The notes beneath the pieces are model-generated. The model was given only the letters and a program-made list of their open reading frames with translations. It was not told the origin of the DNA and did no database searches. A stretch of 64,000 nucleotides of DNA from an uncultured Acidobacteriota bacterium (GTDB lineage: Bacteria > Acidobacteriota > Polarisedimenticolia > Polarisedimenticolales > JAIQFR01), in NCBI GenBank assembly GCA_937864465.1, contig CALMJU010000083.1, positions 47,456 through 111,455 on the forward strand. Direction: 5' to 3'. Positions 8,494 through 18,218 of the stretch are shown in pieces. Positions within the stretch are counted from its first letter, which is position 1, and every line of letters starts with the position of its first letter. Both the position numbers and the translations under genes were made by a program.

Positions 8494-9763
8494 GGTGCTG
8501 ACGGTCATCCGCAGGGAGTACCTGGAGAGGGTGCGCAAGAAGTCCTGGTGGATCGGCACCTTCGTGATCCCGCTCCTGATCCTCGGGCTCATGTTCGGGA
8601 TGGTCTCGCTCTTCATGATGAGGACGGAGCAGCAGCGCCGGATCGGGCTGGCGGACGGCTCGGGGGCCCTCTTCGAGCCGCTCCAAGAGGCGGTCGCGGA
8701 GAAGAAGCTCAAGGACGGACGCCCGCAGATCCTCCTCGAGCGGCTGCCGCTGCTGGGCTCGGTCGAGGCGACGCGGAAGGCAGCCGAGCCGCGGATCGGC
8801 AAGAAGGACCTGTACGCGATCGTCACGGCCGAGAAGGACCTGTACGCCGAGAACGCCTTCCGCTTCTACGGACAGAACGTCGGGAACATCCAGATCATAG
8901 CGGCCGTGGAGCGGGCTCTCGCGGAGGTCGTCGTCCGCGTCCGCTTCGAGCGAAGCGGCCTGGCGGCCGACCGGGCGGAGATCGAGAGGCTCATGGCGCC
9001 CGTGGACCTCGAGACGTTCCAGATCTCGGAGACGGGCGAGGCCAGGAAGAGGGGCTTCAACCAGGCGATCTACGGCACGTTCATCTTCATCGTGATCCTG
9101 TACATGGCCCTCCTCCTGTACGGGATCGCCGTCATGCGGGGCGTCCTCGAGGAGAAGTCGAACCGTGTCATGGAGGTGCTGCTCGGCTCGATGAGCCCCC
9201 GGCAGCTGATGGTCGGGAAGATCCTGGGGATCGGGCTCGTGGGGCTCACGCAGATGGCGGTCTACGCCGCGACCGCCGGCGCGCTCCGCATGTGGGTCGG
9301 GGCCCAGAACATCCAGGGAGACCTGGCGGGCATGCTCGACTCGGTGTCGCCGCTCAAGATGGCGTACTTCGTGGTCTTCTTCGTGCTCGGCTACTTCCTG
9401 TACGTCGGGATCTTCGCGGCGATCGGCGCGGTCTGCAACTCGGAGCAGGAGGCGCAGAACCTGCAGACCCCGGTGACGATGATCCTCGTCGTGCCTTACG
9501 CGGCGTCGTTCTTCGTCATCGCGAACCCGGACTCGATGCTCGCCACCGTCGGCTCGCTGATCCCGTTCTTCACGCCGATCCTGATGTACGCGCGGATCAG
9601 CACGATCTCCCCGCCGGTGTGGGAGATCGCCCTCTCGATCGCGCTGCTCCTCCTGTCGATCTGGCTCGTCTTCCGCGGGGTCGCCAAGATCTTCCGCGTC
9701 GGCGTCCTGATGTACGGGAAGCGCCCGACGATTCCCGAGATCCTCCGCTGGGCCCGGGACTGA
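8486..9763 (+). CDS. ABC-2 family transporter permease (NatB-like)
   Basis: 425 aa. One N-terminal TM helix, a large periplasmic loop, then 5 or more TM helices. Overlaps the ATPase gene by 8 nt. Confidence 0.85.
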   Translation: MHKVLTVIRREYLERVRKKSWWIGTFVIPLLILGLMFGMVSLFMMRTEQQRRIGLADGSGALFEPLQEAVAEKKLKDGRPQILLERLPLLGSVEATRKAAEPRIGKKDLYAIVTAEKDLYAENAFRFYGQNVGNIQIIAAVERALAEVVVRVRFERSGLAADRAEIERLMAPVDLETFQISETGEARKRGFNQAIYGTFIFIVILYMALLLYGIAVMRGVLEEKSNRVMEVLLGSMSPRQLMVGKILGIGLVGLTQMAVYAATAGALRMWVGAQNIQGDLAGMLDSVSPLKMAYFVVFFVLGYFLYVGIFAAIGAVCNSEQEAQNLQTPVTMILVVPYAASFFVIANPDSMLATVGSLIPFFTPILMYARISTISPPVWEIALSIALLLLSIWLVFRGVAKIFRVGVLMYGKRPTIPEILRWARD

Positions 9764-9772
9764 GGAGGCCGC

Positions 9773-10678
9773 TCAGCGGCCCGGGACGCGCGCGCGGCTC
9801 TCCTCGGGGAACCGCATCCCGACGAGCTTGTAGGCCAGCCGGGCGGCCGCGAAGTCGGCGGCGTGCAGCCCGGGAGCCGGGGCCAGCTCGACGAGGTCGC
9901 ACGCCACGACGCGCGCGCGGCGGAAAAGCGCGTCGAGGAACCGCAGCGTCGGCCACCAGGCGATCCCGCCCGGCTCCGGCGTGCCGGTGGCGGGGATCAC
10001 CGAGGGATCGAAGTAGTCCAGGTCGATCGTGAGATAGACCGGCGCCCCGTCGAGCCCCTCGATCGCGCGCTCCTGCCAGCCGTCCCCCTCCATCTCCCAC
10101 GCGTGCACGACCGCGTATCCGGGGATGCCGGCGCGGATCCGCGCGGCCTCCTCGGCGGAGTAGTTCCGGACGCCGATTGCGCGGATCGGCGCGACCTCGG
10201 CGCAGCGGGCCATCGCCGAGGCGTGGCTCCACGGGTCCCCCTCGTAGGACTCCCGGAGGTCGGCGTGCGCGTCGAGCTGCACGATGCGGAGGCCGGCGCT
10301 CCGCCGGGCCGCGGCTCGCACCGCCCCCGGGGTGACCGAGTGCTCGCCGCCGAGCGTCACGACCCACTTGCCCGCGTCCATCAGCTCGCCGGCGCGCCGC
10401 TCCACGGCGGACGCGACCCGCTCGGAGGGGCCCTCCGGAATCGGCAGGAGCGCGTCCGTCCAGATCCCGGCGCGGAACGGCTCGAGCCCCGTCTGCTCGT
10501 CGAAGAGCTCCACCTGGGCCGACGCGGTCAGGATCGCCGCGGGCCCCGCCGCCGCGCCCCGCCCGTACGAGACCGTCCCCTCGTAGGGGACCGGGAGGAC
10601 GGCGACCCGGGCGGAGTCGAAGGGAGAGGCCGCCTCTTCGCCGCCGAACGGCGGGAGCGCCCCGCGAGGATCGGCCAC
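9773..10678 (-). CDS. speB: agmatinase (arginase/ureohydrolase family)
   Basis: Mn-binding motifs GGEHSVT, QLDAHADL and TIDLDYFDPS. Substrate assignment within the family is by resemblance only. Confidence 0.8.
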   Translation of the reverse strand: MADPRGALPPFGGEEAASPFDSARVAVLPVPYEGTVSYGRGAAAGPAAILTASAQVELFDEQTGLEPFRAGIWTDALLPIPEGPSERVASAVERRAGELMDAGKWVVTLGGEHSVTPGAVRAAARRSAGLRIVQLDAHADLRESYEGDPWSHASAMARCAEVAPIRAIGVRNYSAEEAARIRAGIPGYAVVHAWEMEGDGWQERAIEGLDGAPVYLTIDLDYFDPSVIPATGTPEPGGIAWWPTLRFLDALFRRARVVACDLVELAPAPGLHAADFAAARLAYKLVGMRFPEESRARVPGR

Positions 10679-10725
10679 GGTCCACCGCTCCTTTCCGCCG
10701 CGCCGAGGCGCGACCGGAAACCCGG

Positions 10726-10731
10726 ATTATA
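10726..10731 (-). promoter_or_regulatory. putative -10 box (TATAAT on the minus strand) for the agmatinase gene
   Basis: Plus-strand attata (10726-10731) is TATAAT on the minus strand, about 48 nt upstream of ATG 10678. Confidence 0.3.
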
Positions 10732-10766
10732 GCGGGGCTCCGAGAGGCGGAGCGGTAGGTACGGGA

Positions 10767-10804
10767 GCGGACCGGGGTCGCCTCCTCGAAAAACCCCGGT
10801 CCGC
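10767..10804. repeat. 12-bp perfect inverted repeat (stem-loop) in a 358-nt intergenic region
   Basis: GCGGACCGGGGT (10767-10778), a 14-nt loop, then ACCCCGGTCCGC (10793-10804). Lies between the membrane-protein gene end (11037) and the agmatinase promoter region. Confidence 0.6.
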
Positions 10805-11036
10805 ACCCGGCGGCGAACTCCGTCCGCGACGAGGGTCCCGGTCCCGCCGCGGGCGGCCGGGGGCGGCGCCCCCACCGCGCCCCGAGGATCGGCAAACCGC
10901 GGGCCAGGCTCGCGGGCCGCCGCAACGCTCGCGGGGCGCGCCGATCCGCGGTTTCGAAGGGGGCGGCGAGAGGGGTGTCCGCCGGCGGACGTCACACCGT
11001 CCGCCCGCGGGCAGTGGCGGACCCCCCGCCGGCCCC

Positions 11037-11591
11037 TCAGACGACCGGCGGCCCCCCCGGCCCGCCGGCCCTCCCGGCCGGATCCGCGCCCGGCTCCGCC
11101 TGCACCTTGAACACGGCGCCCCCGATCAGGCCGCCGAGGGTCGAGAACACCGCGGCGAGCAGCACCGTCAGGAAGAATCCCATGAGCAGGGACGCCGCCG
11201 TGACCTTCGGCTCGGCCGCTTCGCGCAGCGCGGCGAGCATCATTTCCCGCCGGTCGTCGGGAACGTTGGGAAGCGCCTCGACGACGCCGACGAGCCACCG
11301 GGCGGTCGGATCGCCGAGCGCCGCCTTGAAGACCGCGTCCGTGACCGTCTGCGCGAGCGCGTAGAAGGCACCGGCGATCAGGCCGACGACGGCCCCCGTG
11401 GCAGGCCGGAAGGCCACCCCCTGCCCGCGGCACGCGCCCGAGTAGAGCCGGGCCGCGAGGAGCCCGCATCCCCACAGGAGCGCGCAGCAGGCGCAGTTCA
11501 GAAGGGAGAGGAACGGGACCGCCGAGAGCGCGCCGAAGAGGGCGCCCGCGATCAGCGTCGGTCGGAGCATGTTCGGGGAGCGGTCGTCCAT
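11037..11591 (-). CDS. hypothetical integral membrane protein
   Basis: 184 aa from ATG 11591 (GGAGGA upstream). About 4 hydrophobic helices, a Cys-rich first helix (LLNCACCALLWGCG), and a Gly/Pro-rich tail. Confidence 0.65.
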   Translation of the reverse strand: MDDRSPNMLRPTLIAGALFGALSAVPFLSLLNCACCALLWGCGLLAARLYSGACRGQGVAFRPATGAVVGLIAGAFYALAQTVTDAVFKAALGDPTARWLVGVVEALPNVPDDRREMMLAALREAAEPKVTAASLLMGFFLTVLLAAVFSTLGGLIGGAVFKVQAEPGADPAGRAGGPGGPPVV

Positions 11592-12070
11592 CTTCGTCCT
11601 CCGAGATCCGCGAGACCTTCCGCGAGAAAGAGCCCGGCCACGAACCCGGCCGGAAGCGCCAGGATCAGCCGGGGCAGGTTCGGGACGCCGGCGCCCGCGA
11701 GCGTCGCGAGGGCGGCGTCGAGAGCCGTCGGCAGCGCGGCGACGAGAAGCCAGGCCGGACGCGGGGCGAGCCGCGCGGCGCGCCGAGAGAAAGCCGCGAT
11801 CGCGAGCGCGGCCGCGCCCCCGAGATAGAGCCCCGCGCACCGGGCGCACACCGCCCAGGGCCGTCCGTCGAGATCGAGGCAGCGGGACGGGAGCTGGTGG
11901 CAGAGCGGATGGTACGCCGCACGCAGCGCGTCTCCGACCCGGCCCCCGAGGATCTCGAGCCTTGGGACGGCCAGGAAGCCGACGACGAAGGCCGCGGCGG
12001 CGATCGCGGCCGCCCGCACGAGACGGCTCCCGCCGGGCGCCGGGACGGTTCGATCCGGGACTGCGGACAC
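11552..12070 (-). CDS. DUF2085-like membrane protein
   Basis: HPLCHQLPSRC followed by CARCAGLYLG, flanked by TM helices, is the pattern I associate with DUF2085. Overlaps the downstream gene by 40 nt. Confidence 0.65.
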   Translation of the reverse strand: MSAVPDRTVPAPGGSRLVRAAAIAAAAFVVGFLAVPRLEILGGRVGDALRAAYHPLCHQLPSRCLDLDGRPWAVCARCAGLYLGGAAALAIAAFSRRAARLAPRPAWLLVAALPTALDAALATLAGAGVPNLPRLILALPAGFVAGLFLAEGLADLGGRRWTTAPRTCSDRR

Positions 12071-12137
12071 GCGGCCTCCGAGCGAATTCTACTCGAACCT
12101 CCCGCCCGGTCCCCAAGGGCACGCTCCGGCGCGCGCC

Positions 12138-12146
12138 TGCTAGAAT
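12138..12146 (+). promoter_or_regulatory. putative extended -10 element (TGcTAGAAT) upstream of top6B
   Basis: TGCTAGAAT lies 47 nt upstream of ATG 12193, in the divergent gap shared with the DUF2085 gene. Confidence 0.3.
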
Positions 12147-12192
12147 CCGCTCGCAGCGCCGGAGCGGGCGCGGCGGGGAGGACGGACCCGGG

Positions 12193-13905
12193 ATGGCGGC
12201 GCCTCGAGGTCAGGGATTGAGGGCGGCGCAGGCGCAGGCCTCGCTCTTCGGAGACCCCCAGGAGCCCTCCGAGCTCGTCTCCGCCTCCCCGGAAGCCGCC
12301 GAGCCGGCGCCGAGGCCGAGGGCCTCGGGCCGGAAGGCCCGCGGCGCGGAGGGACGGCGGGAGGACGCCGTCTCGATGGCGGCCCGGCAGCGCGAGATCT
12401 CCATCTCCGAGTTCTTCACGAAGAACCGCCATCTCCTCGGGTTCGACAACCCCCAGAAGGCGCTCCTGACCGCGGTCAAGGAGGCCGTGGACAACTCGCT
12501 CGACGCCTGCGAGGAGGCGGGAATCCTTCCGGACCTCGCGATCGAGATCTCGGAGGTCGCGGAGAGCCGGTACCGGATCGCCGTCGAGGACAACGGCCCC
12601 GGCATCGTCCGGCAGCAGATCCCGAGGATCTTCGGGAAGCTGCTCTACGGCTCGAAGTTCCACCGCCTCAAGCAGCAGCGCGGCCAGCAGGGAATCGGGA
12701 TCTCCGCCGCGGGGATGTACGGACAGATCACGACGGGACGCCCCGTGCGGATCGTCTCGCGCGTCGGGGCGCGCAAGCCCGCGCACCTGTTCGAGATCGC
12801 GATCGACACGCAGAAGAACGCGCCCGTCGTCCTGAAGGACGAGGAGGTCGAGTGGGACCGGCCCCACGGGACGCGGGTCGAGATCGAGATCGAGGCGGTC
12901 TACAAGAAGGGGCGGCGCTCGGTGGACGACTACGTCGAGCAGACCGCGCTCGCGAACCCGCACGCCTCGATCCGGTACGCCGCCCCCCGCGAGGAGCCCC
13001 GGCTCTTCGACCGGGTCGCGCGGGAGCTCCCCCCGGAGTCGCTCGAGATCCAGCCGCATCCGTACGGCGTCGAGCTGGGCATCCTGATCCGGATGGTGAA
13101 GGAGACGAACGCGCGGAACCTGAGAGCGGCGCTCAGGCAGGACTTCTCCCGCGTCAGCGCCGCCGTGGCGGAGGAGATCTGCCGCGTCGCCGGCGTCGCT
13201 CCCGAGGCCCGGCCGCAGAGGCTGTCATCGGCCCAGGTCGAGCTGCTCTTCCGCGCGATCCCGAAGGTCCGGATCCTCGCCCCTCCCACCGCCTGCCTCT
13301 CGCCGATCGGCGAGGACCTGCTCCGGCGGGGGCTCGAGGCGCGGGTTCGCGCCGACTTCGCGACCGCGGTGACGAGGCCCCCTTCGGTCTACCGGGGGAA
13401 CCCGTTCCAGGTCGAGGCCGGGCTCGCGTACGGGGGGGGCCTGCCCGCCGAGGAGCCGATCGAGCTCTACCGGTTCGCGAACCGCGTTCCCCTCCAGTAC
13501 CAGCAGTCGGCCTGCGCGATCACGAAGGCCGCGCTCTCCGTGGACTGGAAGGGGTACGGCCTCGCGCAGGCCCGCGGCGCGCTGCCGACGGGGCCGGCGG
13601 TGGTCTTCGTCCACCTGGCGTCGGCGTGGGTCCCCTTCACCTCGGAGTCCAAGGAGGCGATCGCCTCGTACCCCGAGATCGTCCGGGAGATCCGCCTGGC
13701 GCTGCAAGAGGTCGGCCGCAGGCTCGGGGCCTTCGTCCGCCACCGCCGGCGCGCGGCGGACGAGGCGAAGAAGCGCTCCTACATCGAGAAGTACATCCCG
13801 CACATCGGCGACGCGCTGCAGCGGATCCTGGGGCTCTCGGACGCCAGGCGGGACCGCGCGGTCGAGGACCTGAAGAAGATCCTCGAGCGGAGCCGGAAGG
13901 TCTGA
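12193..13905 (+). CDS. top6B: DNA topoisomerase VI subunit B (GHKL ATPase plus transducer)
   Basis: SISEFFTKNRHLLGF, N-box KEAVDNSLDA, G1 VEDNGPGI, G2 GQQGIGISAAGMYG, H2TH-like middle region, and the transducer motif FTSESKEAI. Start is uncertain: ATG 12193 (GGAGGA 11 nt upstream) or ATG 12376, giving 570 or 509 aa. Confidence 0.85.
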   Translation: MAAPRGQGLRAAQAQASLFGDPQEPSELVSASPEAAEPAPRPRASGRKARGAEGRREDAVSMAARQREISISEFFTKNRHLLGFDNPQKALLTAVKEAVDNSLDACEEAGILPDLAIEISEVAESRYRIAVEDNGPGIVRQQIPRIFGKLLYGSKFHRLKQQRGQQGIGISAAGMYGQITTGRPVRIVSRVGARKPAHLFEIAIDTQKNAPVVLKDEEVEWDRPHGTRVEIEIEAVYKKGRRSVDDYVEQTALANPHASIRYAAPREEPRLFDRVARELPPESLEIQPHPYGVELGILIRMVKETNARNLRAALRQDFSRVSAAVAEEICRVAGVAPEARPQRLSSAQVELLFRAIPKVRILAPPTACLSPIGEDLLRRGLEARVRADFATAVTRPPSVYRGNPFQVEAGLAYGGGLPAEEPIELYRFANRVPLQYQQSACAITKAALSVDWKGYGLAQARGALPTGPAVVFVHLASAWVPFTSESKEAIASYPEIVREIRLALQEVGRRLGAFVRHRRRAADEAKKRSYIEKYIPHIGDALQRILGLSDARRDRAVEDLKKILERSRKV

Positions 13906-13939
13906 GCGCGAAGCGCGCCCCGGGGACGGGGATCCGGGC

Positions 13940-15862
13940 TCAGTCCTCCGCCGCCCGCTCCCACCGCGCGTAGAGGTCCCGGAGCCGCTCCTCGGCCGCC
14001 TGGCGCTCGCGCCCGACCTCGCGGGCCCTCGCGGCGTCCCGGTAGACGTCGGGGTCCGTCTGGAGGTCGGTCAGCTCGCGAACGCGGATCTCGGTCCTCT
14101 CGATCTCGGCCTCGAGGGGCTCGAGCTTCCGCTCCCTCGCCCTCTTCTCCCGGTAGCGGCGGTTGCGCTCCTCCGCCTCGGCGCGCCGCTGCTCGCGCGA
14201 ACGCTGTCGCGCCGACGGCTCCCCCGCCGCGGGTTCCCCCTCCTCGGCTGGCCCCGCCTCCCCGCGACGGCGATCGAGGTACGTGTCGTAGTCGCCGGGG
14301 TACATCTCGATGCGCCCGCCCCCGATCTCCGCGATCGAGGTGACGATCCGGTTGATGAAGTAGCGGTCGTGGGAGACGACGACGAGGGTGCCTTCGTACT
14401 CGCCGAGGGCGTCCTCGAGGACCTCCCGGCTCGCCAGGTCGAGATGGTTCGTCGGCTCGTCGAGCAGGAAGAGGTTCGAGGGCCGGATCAGCATCCGGGC
14501 GAGGGCGAGGCGCGCCTTCTCCCCTCCGGAGAGGACGGCAACGCGCTTCCCGACGTCCTCGCCGGAGAACAGGAAGCAGCCGAGGAGCGTCCGGAGCCGC
14601 GGAACCGTCCCGGGGTCCGCGACCTTCTCCATCTCCGCGAGGACGGTCGCCGAGGGATCGAGGGCGTCCAGCTGGTGCTGGGCGTAGTAGCGGCAGGCGA
14701 CGTTGTGGCCGAGATCGAGGACCCCCGCGTCCGGGGAGATCCTGCCGGCGAGGAGCTTCAGCAGCGTGGACTTCCCCGCCCCGTTCGGTCCGACGAGCGC
14801 CACCCGGTCGCCGCGGCGGAGGAGGAGGTCCGCGTCCCGGTACACGACCGTGCTCCCGAAGGCCTTCCGGAGCCCCTCGACGCGGACGACGACGTCGCCC
14901 GAGCGGGGGGCCGGCGGGAAGCCGAACCGCACGCGCTTCGTCCGGCTCGGGGCCTCGATCCTCTCGATCTTCCGGAGCGACCGGAGGCGCGACTGGACCT
15001 GCCGGGCCTTCGTCGCCTTGTAGCGGAACCGCTCGACGAAGCGCTCGACCCTCGCGATCTCGCGGGCCTGCGCCCTCGCCTCCTCCTCTCGCGCCGCTTC
15101 CCTCGCCTCGCGCTCGGCGAGGTAGTCGTCGTAGCCTCCGGGGAAGTCCGACAGCCTTCCCCGGTCGAGCTCGACGATCCCCCGCACCATGCGGTTGAGG
15201 AAGTAGCGGTCGTGGGAGACGACGACGAAGGCCCCCGCGAACGACCCGAGGAACTCCTCGAGCCAGGCGATCGCATCGAGGTCGAGGTGGTTCGTGGGCT
15301 CGTCGAGGAGGAGCAGGTCGGGCGCTCGGAGGAGCAGGCGCGCGAGGACGACGCGCATGCGCCATCCTCCCGAGAGCCGCGCGAGCGGCTCGTGGAAGCG
15401 GGCCGAGTCCACGCCCAGGCCGGACAGGATCGCCTTCGCGCGGGCCTCGAGGCGATCGCCGCCCAGGGCCTCGAAGCGGTGGCGCAGACCCCCGTACGCC
15501 TCCGAGACGCGTCCGAGCTCCGGATCCCCCGGCGCCATCTCCGACATCCGCCGTTCGATCGCCTCGATCTCGTCCTCGAGCCGCCTCACCTCCGGGAAGC
15601 CGTCGAGGACCACGGACAGGACACTCCCCCCCTCGACGGTCTCGACCTCCTGGGGGAGGTAGCCGACCAGGAGTCCCCCGGGCCTGCGGACCTCGCCTCC
15701 GTCCGGTGGGTCGAGGCCCGCCAGGATCCGGAGGAGCGTCGTCTTCCCCGCGCCGTTGGGCCCCACGAGACCGAGGCGAGCCCCGCGCGGGATCATCCAG
15801 GAGAGGCCCTCGAAGAGCACTCGGGCCCCGAACTGGCGCCGTATCCGGTCGAGGTGGATCAT
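13940..15862 (-). CDS. ABC-F family ATPase (two ABC domains, no TMD; Uup/YheS/EttA class)
   Basis: Starts MIHLDRIRRQFG at ATG 15862. Two Walker A motifs (GPNGAGKTT and GPNGAGKST), two LSGG signatures, an inter-domain linker, and a charged coiled-coil C-terminus. The track ORF extends spuriously to 16231. Confidence 0.9.
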   Translation of the reverse strand: MIHLDRIRRQFGARVLFEGLSWMIPRGARLGLVGPNGAGKTTLLRILAGLDPPDGGEVRRPGGLLVGYLPQEVETVEGGSVLSVVLDGFPEVRRLEDEIEAIERRMSEMAPGDPELGRVSEAYGGLRHRFEALGGDRLEARAKAILSGLGVDSARFHEPLARLSGGWRMRVVLARLLLRAPDLLLLDEPTNHLDLDAIAWLEEFLGSFAGAFVVVSHDRYFLNRMVRGIVELDRGRLSDFPGGYDDYLAEREAREAAREEEARAQAREIARVERFVERFRYKATKARQVQSRLRSLRKIERIEAPSRTKRVRFGFPPAPRSGDVVVRVEGLRKAFGSTVVYRDADLLLRRGDRVALVGPNGAGKSTLLKLLAGRISPDAGVLDLGHNVACRYYAQHQLDALDPSATVLAEMEKVADPGTVPRLRTLLGCFLFSGEDVGKRVAVLSGGEKARLALARMLIRPSNLFLLDEPTNHLDLASREVLEDALGEYEGTLVVVSHDRYFINRIVTSIAEIGGGRIEMYPGDYDTYLDRRRGEAGPAEEGEPAAGEPSARQRSREQRRAEAEERNRRYREKRARERKLEPLEAEIERTEIRVRELTDLQTDPDVYRDAARAREVGRERQAAEERLRDLYARWERAAED

Positions 15863-15974
15863 GCGGAGGCGTTCTCCGCGCGGGGCCCGATGACGCCGCG
15901 CCTCGAGCGGGCTATTGTAGAGGACCGGCCCGCGGCGCCTCCATGTCCGGAGCGGCGGGCGGCGGCGAGGTGCG

Positions 15975-16910
15975 GTGCGGCCACGAGGGAATCTTCGCTC
16001 GCTGGGGTGCGCGGCGGCGCTCGGCCTCGCGCTCTCCGCGCTCGCTTGCCCGGCGCGGCGCGCCCCGAAGGAGGCCCCACCTCCCCCGCCCCCTCCTCGA
16101 CCGGTGAAGGTCGCGCTCGTCCTCGGGGGCGGCGGGGCCCGCGGCTTCGCGCACGTCGGGGTCCTCCGCGTCCTCGAGCAGGAGAAGATCCCCGTCGATC
16201 TCCTCGTCGGCACGAGCGCGGGCAGCTTCATCGGCGCGATCTACGCCGACTCGCGGGACTCGTTCGAGCTGGAATCCGTCGCGTGGACGGCCAAGAAGGA
16301 GGACGTCTTCGACTGGTCCCTCCTCGGCTCGACCCGGGGGCCGGTGACGGGGAGGGCGCTCCGCGAGTTCGTCGACCGGCACGTGCGCGCCCGAACGATC
16401 GAGACGCTCGCGATCCCGTTCCTCGCCGTGGCGACCGACCTCGTCACCGGCGAGGAGGTGATCCTGGACCGGGGACCCGTGGCGCCCGCGGTGCACGCCT
16501 CCAGCGCCATCCCCGGGGTGTTCCGGCCGGTCGATATCGGCGGACGCACGCTCGTGGACGGGGGGATCGTGGATCCGATCCCGGTGCGTCCGGCGCGCGA
16601 GCGCGGCGCGGACGTCGTCGTCGCGGTGGACATCGGAAGGGAGATCCCGGCCGAGGAGCCGGAGAACCTCGCCTCGATCTCCCTGCGGAGCCTCTCGATC
16701 CAGAGCCGGGAGCTCGCGCGCTACAAGGCGGCCGAGGCCGATGTCGTCATCTCGCCGAAGGTCGGAGACACGAGCCCCTACGACTTCTCGAGGAAGAAGG
16801 AGCTGATGGCCGCGGGAATGGCCGCGGCGCGGGAGGCGCTCCCGGAGATCCGGGACGCGATCCTGCGGGCCGCGCTCCGCCCCGCCCCGGTCGCCGCTCA
16901 CAGCCAGTAG
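15975..16910 (+). CDS. patatin-like phospholipase, probable lipoprotein
   Basis: GGGGARG oxyanion motif, GTSAGS nucleophile elbow, DGG catalytic Asp. Lipobox-like LSALAC followed by a Pro-rich linker. GTG start. Confidence 0.85.
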   Translation: MRPRGNLRSLGCAAALGLALSALACPARRAPKEAPPPPPPPRPVKVALVLGGGGARGFAHVGVLRVLEQEKIPVDLLVGTSAGSFIGAIYADSRDSFELESVAWTAKKEDVFDWSLLGSTRGPVTGRALREFVDRHVRARTIETLAIPFLAVATDLVTGEEVILDRGPVAPAVHASSAIPGVFRPVDIGGRTLVDGGIVDPIPVRPARERGADVVVAVDIGREIPAEEPENLASISLRSLSIQSRELARYKAAEADVVISPKVGDTSPYDFSRKKELMAAGMAAAREALPEIRDAILRAALRPAPVAAHSQ

Positions 16911-18115
16911 CGCACGAGCCGTGCGAGGCGCTCCCGGAGACGCTCGGCGCGCGGCCGGCGCTGCCAGTCCTCCAGGGTCACCTCGTCCGCCGCCTCGAAC
17001 TCGCGTTCGAACGTCTCGAGCGCGGCCCGGGCCGCCGCCGGCTCGAAGACGTTCACCGCGATCTCGAGGTTGTGCCGGAAGGACCGGTGGTCGAGGTTCG
17101 CGGAGCCGGCCAGGAGGACCTCGTCGTCGAACACGGCGATCTTCGCGTGGAGGAACGCGCGGCGCACCTCCCGGATCCGGACGCCCTCCGCGAGCAGCCG
17201 TCCGTAACAGGCCCTGCCCGCCCACCGGACCATGGGAACGTCCGACTCGCCGGGCAGCAGGAGCTCGACGCGCACGCCGCGGCACGCGGCGCGCGCGAGC
17301 GCGCGGCGCAGCGGCCCCTCGGGAGCGAAGTACGCGTTGGCCAGGAAGATCCGGCGCCTGGCCATGCCGATCATCGCGAGATAGGAACGCCTCAGGCCGC
17401 GCCGCCCGAGAACGCCCTCGCCCTCGACGACCTGGACCCCCGCGCCCCCCGCCTCCCGCGGGGCGGCGGAGAGCCCCGCCGTCTCCTCGGGCCGCCCGCC
17501 CGATCGCAGCCATGTGCGGAGGAAGAGCCGTGCCATCTCCCGGACCGCCGGCCCCTCGATCCGGAGGGTGCAGTCGCGCCAGGCCTTCTCTCCCCGGAAC
17601 TCCTCCGAGTACGCCTCGGCCAGGTTCATGCCTCCGACGAACCCGGTCGTGCCGTCCACCAGCACGAGCTTCCGATGGTCCCGCCGGTTCGGGTACCAGG
17701 ACGGCGCCCAGGGAGCGAACGGGTGGAACCACCGCACCTCGGCTCCCGCCTGCTCGAGCGAGGCCATCAGGTCCTCGCTCCCCAGGCTGCCGAACGCGTC
17801 GACGAGGACGAGGACCGGAACTCCGCCCCGGGCCTTGCGCCGGAGCCTCTCGGCGAACTCCCTGCCGACCCGATCGTCGGCCCAGGTGTACATCTCGACG
17901 GCGATCCCGGCGGCGGCGGCTCCGATCGCCTCGAGCATCGCCCCGTACGCCGCGCGTCCCCCCTCGAAGATCTCCACGCGGTTCCCGTAAACGATCGGCG
18001 CGCCCGCGCGGCGGACGAGCCGATCCGGGAGCCCGCGCCGGCGGACGAGGCGGCGCCGCCGGTCGGACCCCCCGGCGCGAGCCCTCCCGAGATCGGGGAT
18101 TCCCTTGCCTTCCAT
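16898..18115 (-). CDS. phospholipase D family protein / cardiolipin synthase (ClsB-like)
   Basis: Two HKD motifs (HRKLVLVDG and HAKIAVFDD...GSANLD). No obvious N-terminal TM helices. Converges on the patatin gene with a 13-nt overlap. Confidence 0.85.
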   Translation of the reverse strand: MEGKGIPDLGRARAGGSDRRRRLVRRRGLPDRLVRRAGAPIVYGNRVEIFEGGRAAYGAMLEAIGAAAAGIAVEMYTWADDRVGREFAERLRRKARGGVPVLVLVDAFGSLGSEDLMASLEQAGAEVRWFHPFAPWAPSWYPNRRDHRKLVLVDGTTGFVGGMNLAEAYSEEFRGEKAWRDCTLRIEGPAVREMARLFLRTWLRSGGRPEETAGLSAAPREAGGAGVQVVEGEGVLGRRGLRRSYLAMIGMARRRIFLANAYFAPEGPLRRALARAACRGVRVELLLPGESDVPMVRWAGRACYGRLLAEGVRIREVRRAFLHAKIAVFDDEVLLAGSANLDHRSFRHNLEIAVNVFEPAAARAALETFEREFEAADEVTLEDWQRRPRAERLRERLARLVRYWL

Positions 18116-18218
18116 GGACGATCCTGCAGGGACGAGGGGCCGTTTTGGCCGCCGGGGACGGCGGGCATTATATTCGCGCCGGAAGCGCCGGCGCTGCGCC
18201 GGCGCGGGGAATGCTCCT

